NCBI GenBank assembly: GCA_028534125.1
Contig: CM052816.1
Span: 20,586,001-20,646,000, forward strand
Direction of reading: 5' to 3'
From: Lama glama
Taxonomy: Eukaryota
Length of the DNA: 60,000 nt
This document shows positions 50,309-60,000 of the stretch, one piece after another. Within the stretch, counting starts at the first letter, position 1. Each line of letters begins with the position of its first letter. The translations under genes were made by a program, and so were the position numbers. The notes beneath the pieces were generated by a model that saw only the letters and a list, made by a program, of their open reading frames with translations, was not told the origin of the DNA and made no database searches.

Positions 50309-53300
50309 TGCTCCCCCCAGGATTGTTCTTACTGCCTCCCTCAGATCCTAGCCTGTCCTTGTCAACTGGAAGTACAGGCCAGTCGTTGGGTAGGCTTGCA
50401 TGAGGCTCTTCAATCGGCAGGAGCCAAGCATCCCATCTGGGCCAGGCCCTGAACAGCCCTGCAGCCCCTTTGTCAGGGGCGCACCCCATTGCCACCCTGT
50501 CTGGAGAGCAGGACGCTGGTCAGAAAGGAAGCACTGCTTGGGTGTCCAGTCAGCAGTGTGCTTACCCCACCTTGGGGCTCAGTCCACATCCCTGGGCTGT
50601 CGAGGGAGTGTTGACTCTCAGGGTCGCTGCACTTGCCTTCCCCAAATTGTAGTCCAGCACCCACAAGCTCCACAGGAGAGTGGGGGCAGTGGCACACCCC
50701 CAGACGTCCCCACCCTCCCGCATCCACCAGCCTTAGAGGTGCTTTCTGCCAGTGGCTGCTTTCCCAGTAAAGTTCTTCTCTTCCATGAGCTTAGTGGCTT
50801 AAAATAATAACTGTTTGAAATTAAACTTAAACACTCAAATGATGGAAGATGCAGACTTGAGGGGAGAAAACTCAAAGGGAACGAAGGCATCAGATTTCTT
50901 GGACTGTGAGAAAGGTACACAGGTGGCGGGAGATGGTGCCGGAGCACAAAGGCTGCTGATGAAACCCTGATGTGGCTCTGATCTAAGGATACCTTTCTCT
51001 GGAACCACACACCTTGGCCGGCAAGCTGCCAGGTTCAGAGAAACAGGAATCAAAAAGTATTTAATCAGCCTTGGCTGACTGGAGGGTGGGGAGAGAGCAG
51101 GGAGCCGTAGTCCCTCCTGGAAATCGGTAGTGAAGGCAGCAGCAGGAGACCAGCCTCCTCATAAGACAGCAGCCAATTAACAGAGCAAATGTTTGAAGTG
51201 TCCCCGCTGAGTGATGGGATGCCTCGTCTGCTCCCAGAGTCCCCGGGGCCGGCCAGTCAGACAGGCAGGTTCATGACTGAAGTTAATTGGAGAAAAACTC
51301 CTTCCAGGGACGTGGGCTCTGGCTTGTCATTCACTGGGGCTGACGTGTGTTTTTGATAAGTATCTTTGCCTGACCCAAACAGGACAAGTCCTTCAGACGG
51401 GCTCTCCTGTCCCCTCCACCCACCACCACAGAGACTGTGGTTGGAGATTTCTCACCAGGGAGATAGAGCCAGAGGGCAAGGCTGGGAATCTGTGAAGCTA
51501 AGAGAATTTTGCTGTGGAGGGCTGTGCCCAGAGCACATGGTCAGAGGTCTGAGAGAGGGAGGCTCTCCTCCCCACTCCGGGCCACATCCAGAGAGCCCCT
51601 GCCGGGAGCCCACTGAGATCTGGGCTCCAGGGATGATCAGGAGCGAGTGCAGGATGTGGGCCACAGGAGGGGCTGTGCTGGGGGACATCTGAAGCCCAGG
51701 GGAGGGCAGTGTCCCAGTGAGTAAGGCTCTGATGGGGAGGAGGTAGTCATGCAAGGCAGAGGTTCACTTCCAAATGGACCAAGGAGTAATACATCAGAAA
51801 AGGCCGTGTGGGCACACAGGCCTAGGCCAGCTGGAGTCAGAGGCCAGTTGAGAGTGGGGGAAGCTGATTGAATATCCACCAGGCAGGTGCAGACTCACTG
51901 CGTCTCTCCCCCACCGCCCGCTCCCCCATCTGCTCTCCTCCCCCCCATTCTGCTTTCCCTGTCCACCCCTCTCCCCAGGAGGTCTGACTTGGGTGTGCCC
52001 ACGCATGCCTAAAACAAGCACTGGAAAATTACACGTTTCTCGGCGAACTGGGAGTATCCACTGTGTGGCACAAGCAGTTTTAATGACTTAACCAGTTTCA
52101 CTGGCGTTTAGACCATCGTTGAAATACTGGTTTGTCCACCCTCCCCTGGATGTCATCGGCCAGCATGTGGCAGGGATGGAAGCCCTTCCATCTGGCTCTC
52201 GTGGTGTGAATGGCGTCGCCTCCATGCGAGCCAGCAAGGTTAGAGGAACCGTTCTCTCCAGTTTTTCTACCACAGCCTTGGTTATAAATAAGTGACTAAC
52301 TCAACAAACAGATGAATTTTTTCTCAGTGTTCTTGCCTCCAGTTTAAAGAGAGAGGAGGAGGGGATGATGGGAACACACAGTCAGGCGGGTGGGTGGGAA
52401 TTATTCCCCTTGAGAAGGGGGGACCGAGGCTTCAGAGGTGTGCTGGGCTCTGCTGCCTGACAAATCTCAGTAATCCGGCAGAAGTGAACTTGGCCCCATG
52501 CCACACGGCCATCTCAGCCCAGCAGTGTCACACAGACCCTGTTCAACACCAGCTCCCCGCTCATTCCTGATGAGGAAGGGAGTTTGTTGAGTGAGCACAG
52601 CTCTGGCTGGGCTGTGCTCTGAGGTTCCACTCAGTCTATAGTCAAAGTCACATGTAAGGCCACGTCTACAAATGGGCATGTACACTTTCATCAGAACACA
52701 TTGCCATGTGGGAGTGCGTTGGAGGAGCAAAAGGCCACCGCATTCCCCGTCACATCCTGGCCCCTCTCTACTGCTGAAGAAAGTCCATACGGAGGCTGTA
52801 AGTCCTGAAAACAGAACAGAAGGGCTAATGGGTTTAAGGCTAAAATTCGTCTCACCGCATGCAGCAGAAGAAAACAATCTCCTTACATGTAATTTCAGTC
52901 CCTCCTGGTCATTAGATCTACATTTAGCTTTTGCACACCAGGTTTCCTGAACTCACAAACAGAAATGATGAAGCCACAAAAAAAATCTGTTCTTTTAAGT
53001 TTCATGTCAGAGCTGTTTGAAATTTTTAGCATAACAAAAGCAGGGACATCAATCATACACAAATTGCTTCCTAATGACCAAGTTTTATATCCCTGATGCC
53101 TCTGAGTATTCAAGAATATCCTCAAAATTAATACTTTAAGGACAAAACTAAAAGACTTCACGTTTTCCACGGTTTCTGACCTGGGCCTGGGTGTGGGTCT
53201 GGCTTGATAAGTGTCAGTGTGTGGAAGCCTTAATGTTCCTCTGCATCCCTTGGCACGATAGTGATCAGTTAATTAGGAGGTAATAGGGAACATCGTCCTG

Positions 53301-53719
53301 CCGCTGAACTGTAGAGACCTGATCCGCCTTGCTCACTGCTGTATCCTGGGCTGACATGGAGTCAGCAAGCCAGAAATACCAGCTCAGGAGAGGGAGGGAG
53401 AGCAGGGAAGGGACTGGATGGTTTTCACGCTGGTCAGTAGAACAGCAAACGGTTGATGATTGCAGTGCCAAGGAGGGGCTGAGAAAAGCTCGATGAACAG
53501 GACTCAGCCTGTTACTCGCCTGTTGACAGTGTCCCCTCCCCTCCAGCAGGATGTGCACAGTGTCCAAGGCCATGCCCACTCCCACAGGCTCAGCTCCTCC
53601 TCCAAGGTCAGGCTCCCTGAGTCTTGGCCATCCCCTGCACCCAGGTGTGCCCAAATGCAGAGCTGAGCCACCAGCACGTTCACAGGATTGAAAGGGAAGC
53701 TGCTAGTTGAAAGTGAAGT

Positions 53720-54935
53720 ATTTTTCTTCATTTCTTATGATGATACATGACATACAGACAGGATGCAAAATGTCTGTGTGCAATTAAATAAACATTGAGA
53801 AGAGCTATGTTCCAGGAATTAGCTGTGCTTTAGAAACACCCCCTCTCTCCTGACCCCCACCATACTTGCATCTTCTCCTGGCCCTGGAGGTGACCACTGT
53901 CCTCTCTGACTTTTGTGATCAGCATGTTCTGGCTTTTCTTTACAGTGTCTCCTCTAAATACTTGTTGAGATGTGGTTTGCTTTCTCCTGGTCTTGAACTT
54001 CACATAAGTGGAGCTGCGCTGTAGGTGTTCTTTTTTGATTTGCTGCTCTTATGCAACACTATTTGTAAGACTCATCTGCGTTGAGTACAGCTGTAACTTG
54101 CTCGTTTGTGTTGCTGAAAGCTCCTTATGTGAATATACCACCGTTTATCCATCCCACTGCTGGCAGCCAGCTTCCACTCCCACTTGGAGCTATTCCAGGC
54201 AGTGCTGCTGGAATATGTCTTCTTGTGTACGTCTTCCACTGCACACATGCAGGAGCTTCTCTAGTGTATATCCCTGGGCAGTGTGCTGCTTTAGCCTAGC
54301 TAGACATTGTCGTCCTGTTTTCCAAAATTGTTGGCTCCTTTCCCCTGAAAATAAGCAGCTTTTGAGAGTTCAAACCATCACACAACTAACACTTGTGGCA
54401 GCTAAACGTGTTTAATTTTTGCTAGTCTAGCGGGTATAAAGTGCTAGCTCATTGTGGTTCTACCTGAGACTTCCCTAATCACCAATCGGACTGAGCATCA
54501 TTTCATCCGTTTATTGTCCATTTTGATTTCCTCTTCTCTCAAGTAGCTGTACAGTTTTCCATTCAGTTTTTTTTTGTATTGATTTGTAAGAGTTCTTTAT
54601 GTGTTCTGGATACTTACTCCTAGTTGATTATATTTATTACAACCATATTCTTCCACTGGTGGCTTGACTTTTCACTCTTTCTTGGTTTCTTTCTAAGGAT
54701 AGAAGTTCTTCATGTTAATGAATTTGTCATACTGCAGTATGTAAAAGCATCAAATCAACATGTTTTACCATTTAAACTTGCACAGTGTTACATGCCAATC
54801 ATGTCTCAATTCAAAAACAAAAACCTTTTCCATCATAACTAGTGAATTTTGTGCCTTTTAAAATAAATATTTTCCCCGCCGCCCTGCATTATTCTATATC
54901 ATCTTCCACTTTATAATGTTACTTTTTACATTTGA
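53720..54935 (-). mobile_element. Ancient L1ME 3' UTR/ORF2 end; appears to resume at ~59805
   Basis: gaggtgaccactgtcctctctgactttt...gaatataccaccgtttatccatccc...ctcattgtggtt...tgagcatcatttcat...gatttgtaagagttctttatgtgttctggatac. Confidence 0.78.
54728..54822 (+). mobile_element. Short L1MA-type 3' tail insertion
   Basis: catcaaatcaacatgttttaccatttaaacttgcacagtgttacatgccaatcatgtctcaattcaaaaacaaaaa is an L1 extreme 3' end with an A-rich tail, opposite in orientation to its host. Confidence 0.65.
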
Positions 54936-57553
54936 GGGTTTTTTTTTGTGTGTGTAGTAGCTGTATTGAGATATAATTCACATACCTTTCAATTCACCCA
55001 TTTAAGTTATGTAATTCAATATTTTTAAAAGTATATCAAGAGTTGTGTGACTATCACTATAAACAATTTTAAAACATCTTCATACTCCCCCCAAAAGAAG
55101 CCCCGAACCCATTAGCAGTCAGCCTTCATTCCTCCCTACCCCAGCCATACCCTCACTCCCCAGCCCCAGCCAACGCCATAATCTACATTCTGTCTCTACA
55201 TACTTTCCCATTCTGGACAATTCAGAGAATACATGGTCTTTCATGACTGGCTTCTTTCACTTAGTGTAATGTTTTCAAGTTTCACCCATAGTGTAGCATA
55301 TATAAGTACCTCATTCCTTTTTATTGCCAAATAAAATTCCATTGCATAGATATACCAAATGTTATTCATTTATCAATTGAGGCTATCATAAATATGCTGC
55401 TATAAAGATTTGTGTACAAGTTTTTGTGTGGACATATATATATATTATCATTTCTCCTGAGTATTTACATAAGAGTAGAGTTGCTGAGTAATACCTGAAC
55501 TCTGTGTTCAACCTTTTGAGAAACTGCCAAACTATTTTCTAAAGTAACCACACCATGTTACATTCCCAGCAGCAGCACATGCAGATTCCAATTTCTGCAT
55601 ATCTTTGTCAACACTTGTTATTATCCGTCTTCTTAATTACAGTCTTCCAACCAGGTGTGGAGAGGTATCTTCCTGTGGTTTTGATTTGCATTTCCTTGGT
55701 GAAGAATGATTTTGTGCATCTTTTCATGTGATTATTGGCCATCTGTATATATTCTTTGGAGAACTGTCTATTTATATCCTTAATTTTAAACTGGACAATT
55801 TATCCTTTTCTTATTGAGTTGCAAGAGTTCATTATATATTCCTGATACATCTCGTATCATATATATGCTTTGCAAATATTTTCTCCTATTCTGTGGATTC
55901 CCTTTTCACTTTCTTTATGTTATCCTTTGAAGCACAAAAGTTAATAATTTTGATGAAGTTCAATTTGTCTATTTATTATTTTGTCAGTTGTACTTTTGGT
56001 GTCGTATTTAAGATAGCTTTGCCTCACCCAAGATCACAAAGATTTACTCCAATTTTTTTCTGAGAGGCTTACAGTTACTGCAGTTACGATTAGATATTAC
56101 ATTTTAGCATTTACATTTAGATTTTATATTAAGATCTTAAGTCCATTTTGAGTTAATTTTTGCATACACTGTGATAGATGGGTCCAATGTCGTATTATTA
56201 CTTGTGGATATTCAGTTGTCCCAGCATCATTTGTTTTAAAGATTACTCTTTCCCTTTGAACTGTCTTGGCACTCTTGTTGAAAATCATTTAACCGCAACT
56301 GTTAAGAGTTTATTTCTAGGCTTTCGGTTCTATTCTGTTGATAATGACCTGTATGTCTGTCCTTAGGCTGATACCGCATTGTCTTGGTTACTGCAGCCTT
56401 GTAGTAAGTTTTGAAATCAGAAAATATGAATCCTCCAACTTTTGTTATTCTTTTGCAAGACTGGTTTGGCTATTCTGGGTCCTTTACATTTCCACATGAA
56501 TTTTTGGATCAACTTACTAATTTCTGCAGAGATGTCAACTGGGATTCTGATAAGGACTGCACTGAATGAGTAGATCAGTTTCGGAAGTGTTGCCATCTTG
56601 ACAGTATTAAGTCTTCTGATCCATGACCACGGGATGTCTTTCCATTTATTTTGGCCTTCTTTGGTTTCTTTCAACACTGTTTTATAGTTTTTGAAGTATA
56701 ACTTTTGCACTTCTTTGGTTAAATTCACTCCTAAGTATTTTATTCTTTTTGAATATGTTATAGATTGAATTATTTTCATTTTCAGAGCATTTATTGCTCA
56801 TGTGTAGAAATCTGTTTGATTTTTGTGCATTGATCTTGTACCCTGCAAGCTTGCCAAACTCGTTTATTGACTCAGAATTACCTATGTATAAGATAATGGG
56901 AGCATAAATGGAGATAGTTTTACTCCTGCCTTCCTAATCTGGATGCCTTACATTTCATTTTCTCACCTGACTGCCCTGGCTAGAACCCCCAGTACAGTGC
57001 TGAATAGAAGTAGCAAAAGCAGACATCCTTGTCTCATTCCTGATCTTAGGGGAAAGCATTCAGTCTTTCACTGCTAAGTATGACGTTAGCTGCGGGTTTT
57101 CGACAGATGTTCATTATCACGTTGAGAAGTTCCCTTCTGTGCCTACTTTGTTGAGTGCTTTTTATCAAAAAGGAGTGTTAAATTTTGTCAAGTATTTTTT
57201 CTGCAACACTTAAGATGATCATGTGATTTTGTTCTTTTTAAAATTTATATTGTATATTACATGAATTGATTTCATATGCTAAGCCAATCTTAACATTAGT
57301 TGGATAAATCCCATTTGGTTATGGTATATAATTCTTTTTATGTGTTGCTGGATTTGGTTTGTTAGTGTTTACTGAGGATGATTTTTTTGTACCTATAATC
57401 ATAAGAGATATTGGTCAGTAGTTTTATTTTCTTGTAATGCCTTGACTAGTTTTAGTGTCAGTGTAGTATTGGCCTCATAGAATGAGCTGGGAAGTGTTCC
57501 CATCTGTTCTGTTTTATGGATGACTTTATGCAGAACTGGTATTCATTCTTTTT

Positions 57554-57588
57554 ATTTATGTAATTTTTTTAACATTTTTTTGAGTAAT
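57554..57588 (-). mobile_element. ~35-bp retroposed micro-insertion (L1 3' tail-like) with 14-bp TSD
   Basis: tattcattcttttt occurs at 57540-57553 and 57589-57602, flanking atttatgtaatttttttaacatttttttgagtaat. Confidence 0.6.
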
Positions 57589-58409
57589 TATTCATTCTTT
57601 TTAAATGTTTGGTAGACTTCACTAATAAATCCATCTGATCTTACACTTTTGTATGTGGTAAGTTTTAAATAGTTAAATATCTTTATTTACATAGATTTTC
57701 TGTTTCTTCTTGAGTCAGTTTCAGTAGTTTGTATTTCTACAAATTCGCCCAGTTCATCAAAGTCATCTAATGTGCTAGTACACAATAGTTCATATTATTA
57801 CCTTATTATTCTTTTTATTCTGTGGAGTCAGTGGTAATATCCCCTCTTTCATTCCTGTTTTTAGTAATCGGAGCCTTCTGTATTTTTTTTTGTCAGTCCA
57901 GCTAAAAGTTTTGTCAATTTTGTTGATTATTTTTAAGGAAACAGCCTTTAGTTTTGTTGATTTTGTTAATTTTTCTGTTCTTTACTTCACTGATTTCTAC
58001 TCTCATCTTTACTGTTTCCTTCCCCTACTTGCTGTAGGTTTAGTTTGCTCTTCTTTTTCAGGGTAGAAAGTTTAGGTTATTGATTTGAGATTTGGTTTTC
58101 ATTTAATGTAGGCATTTACTGCTGTAAATTCCTCCCCCTCTGAGCACTGCTTTAGCTGTATACCATAAGTTTTGTTGTATGGCATCTTTGTTTTCATCCA
58201 TCTCAAAGCATTTTCTAATTTACCTTGTAATTTCTTCTGTGCTCCATTGGTTATTTAGAAATTTGTTGTTTAATTTCCACATATCGGTGAATTTCCCAAA
58301 TTTTATTTTTGATATTGATTTCTAATTTCATTTTGTTGTAGTAGGAGAACATATTTTATCTTAGTTCAATCCTTTTAAATGTAATAAGCCTTGTCTTATG
58401 TAATAAACA

Positions 58410-58640
58410 TATAGATAGATAAAGAGGGAGAAAGAAAGGTAGGTGGCTGGGTAGGTGGTTAGGGTAGTAGGTTCCTAGATGGATGGATCAAAAGGTGTGT
58501 GGCTGGACAAATTGATAGGTAGGTAAAGAAACAGAAAGATAGGAGGGTGGGTGGATAGGTAGGCTAATAGACAGACAGACAAACAGACAGACGAAGGAAG
58601 GAAGGAAGGAAATGGAGGTAGATTTCTAGATGGGTGGATA
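58410..58640. repeat. Compound purine-rich tetranucleotide repeats (TAGA/TAGG/TGGA/CAGA/GGAA)
   Basis: atagatagat...ggtaggtagg...agacagacagac...gaaggaaggaaggaagga seen directly. Confidence 0.9.
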
Positions 58641-59804
58641 TTTATGGAATTTGTTATATTAACATTCTTATTTACTATTTCTGCTTCTCTTTCTTATTTC
58701 TGCAGATTCAATTTACCATTTAGTATCATTTCTTTATTCCAGTACAATTTTGCCTCCACTCATGTCTTTTGTGCTGTTCTTGTCAAATATATTACATTTC
58801 TATATGTTATGGGCCCAACAATACAATTATATATGTATTATTTTATACAATTCCTTTTTAAATCAGCTAAGACAAAAAAGGAGAAGAAATATATTTTTAT
58901 ACTGTCTTGTATAATTACATAATTACTTTCCCCAGTCCTTTTTATTTTTTGTGTGTGGATTTGAATTACAATCTGGGGTTACTTGCTTTCAGGCTGAAGA
59001 GCTTCCTTTAGTATTTCATGTAAGGTGGACATGCTAGCAACAAATTATCGCAGTTTTTGTTAACCTTGGAATGTCCTTATTTTCCCTGTGTTTTTGAAAA
59101 ATAGTTTTGTTGTCGATAACATTCTTGGCTGACAGTTTTTCTTTTAGCACTTTGAATATGCCTTCCCACTGCCTTCTGGCCTTCATTGTTTCTGATGAGA
59201 CGTCAGCTGTCAATTACATTGAGGGATCCTTTGTACCATTTTTAGCTATTAGTACTTTAATTATTTTTTCTGTTCCTTCTCTCTCCAGTCCTTCTAGTAC
59301 TCCCATTATACATATGTTGATGTGCTTAATGGTATGTCATATTTCTCTGAAGCTTTGTTCATTTTTGATTTGTTTATTGTATTCCCTGGTAAGCTAGCTG
59401 GCCTACAACCCCAGATCCCTCGGTGGCACTTGCCTTGAATTTAGCTTATGCAACGTGGAGGAAGGGAGGGTGAAAAATTCTGGTCTCCTGCCCTCCCAGG
59501 GAGATATTATAGGCCTTGACTGAGAGCTGGGAGAGAAGGGGCTCTATCTCCTGGGCCACTCCCATCCAGAGAGGGGAGGGGGGAGTAGGCAGGGCATGGC
59601 GCAAGTAAGACTCTCACTGTTCTTACTGAGAGTTAGTAGGTCTTCTTGGAAAAAAAAGTTTCTTCATGTTTTGTATGCCCTTAAGACAATTTCCAGGCAC
59701 TTTAAAGAGTCGTTTTTAAAATCATTTTACCAATTATGGTTATTTCTTGGGAAGCATGTCTACAGAGCTCCTCATGCCATCTTTCCAGGAGTAGAACCCC
59801 ATGT

Positions 59805-60000
59805 TTATTTTTCAGTCTACGTGGAAGTCATTTTTTAGGGTATAGTATAAAACACAGGCCACTTTTTTCCCACATGGATCCCAGCTTGTGCTAGCATCAG
59901 TTATTAAGAGGTCCATCTGTTCCACCAGCAATCTACAGTAACACCTCTGTCCTGTAGTACATGCTTATATTTTCAGGGGCCTGTCAGGGGACGCTTTCCT
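59805..60000 (-). mobile_element. Ancient L1ME ORF2 fragment (continuation of 53720-54935)
   Basis: ttttttagggtatagtataaaa...ttttttcccacatggatcccagcttgtgctagcatcagttattaagag. Confidence 0.6.

Larger units (their letters stand above)
54938..59800 (-). mobile_element. Old L1MB-like LINE-1 spanning 3' UTR, ORF2, inter-ORF/ORF1 and 5' end (internally deleted, decayed)
   Basis: 3' end gctgtattgagatataattcacatac. ORF2 remnant 56417-56779 (KRIKYLGVNLTKEV...KWKDIPWSWIRRLNTVKMATLPKLIY...KFMWKCKGPRIAK). ORF1 3' region cccactgccttctggccttcattgtttctgatgaga. 5' end gccatctttccaggagtagaacccc. Confidence 0.85.

Noticed and set aside
56417..56779. 120-aa ORF with clear protein similarity
   Set aside because: It is a remnant of L1 ORF2 within a decayed element, not a host gene.

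Overview
Mammalian (eutherian) genomic DNA, very probably a camelid (alpaca/llama/camel), judged from a camelid-type tRNA-derived SINE at ~29.3 kb. The window lies almost entirely within two long introns of FSTL4 (follistatin-like 4, + strand). It holds one coding exon, 37465-37713 (249 nt, phase 1-1), encoding the complete 10-cysteine follistatin/Kazal module. The rest is intronic sequence rich in old interspersed repeats (L1M, L2, MIR, MaLR and ERVL solo LTRs, hAT MITEs), with simple repeats, a 500-N assembly gap and several AT-rich, homeobox-motif-dense unique segments that may be enhancers. Best observations: (1) the gap hides a young, apparently full-length antisense LINE-1, since its poly(A) tail, intact 5' end and perfect 16-bp TSD all flank the Ns; (2) a MER5A hairpin appears to be the positional orthologue of human MIR1289-2, with two seed changes; (3) an ancient L1 shows twin-priming 5'-inversion geometry; (4) a ~35-bp retroposed micro-insertion has a perfect 14-bp TSD; (5) there are several nested repeat stacks. 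I found no evidence of a novel multi-gene system, and nearly all ORFs in the track are spurious. Repeat family names and human comparisons come from memory of consensus sequences, and repeat boundaries are approximate.
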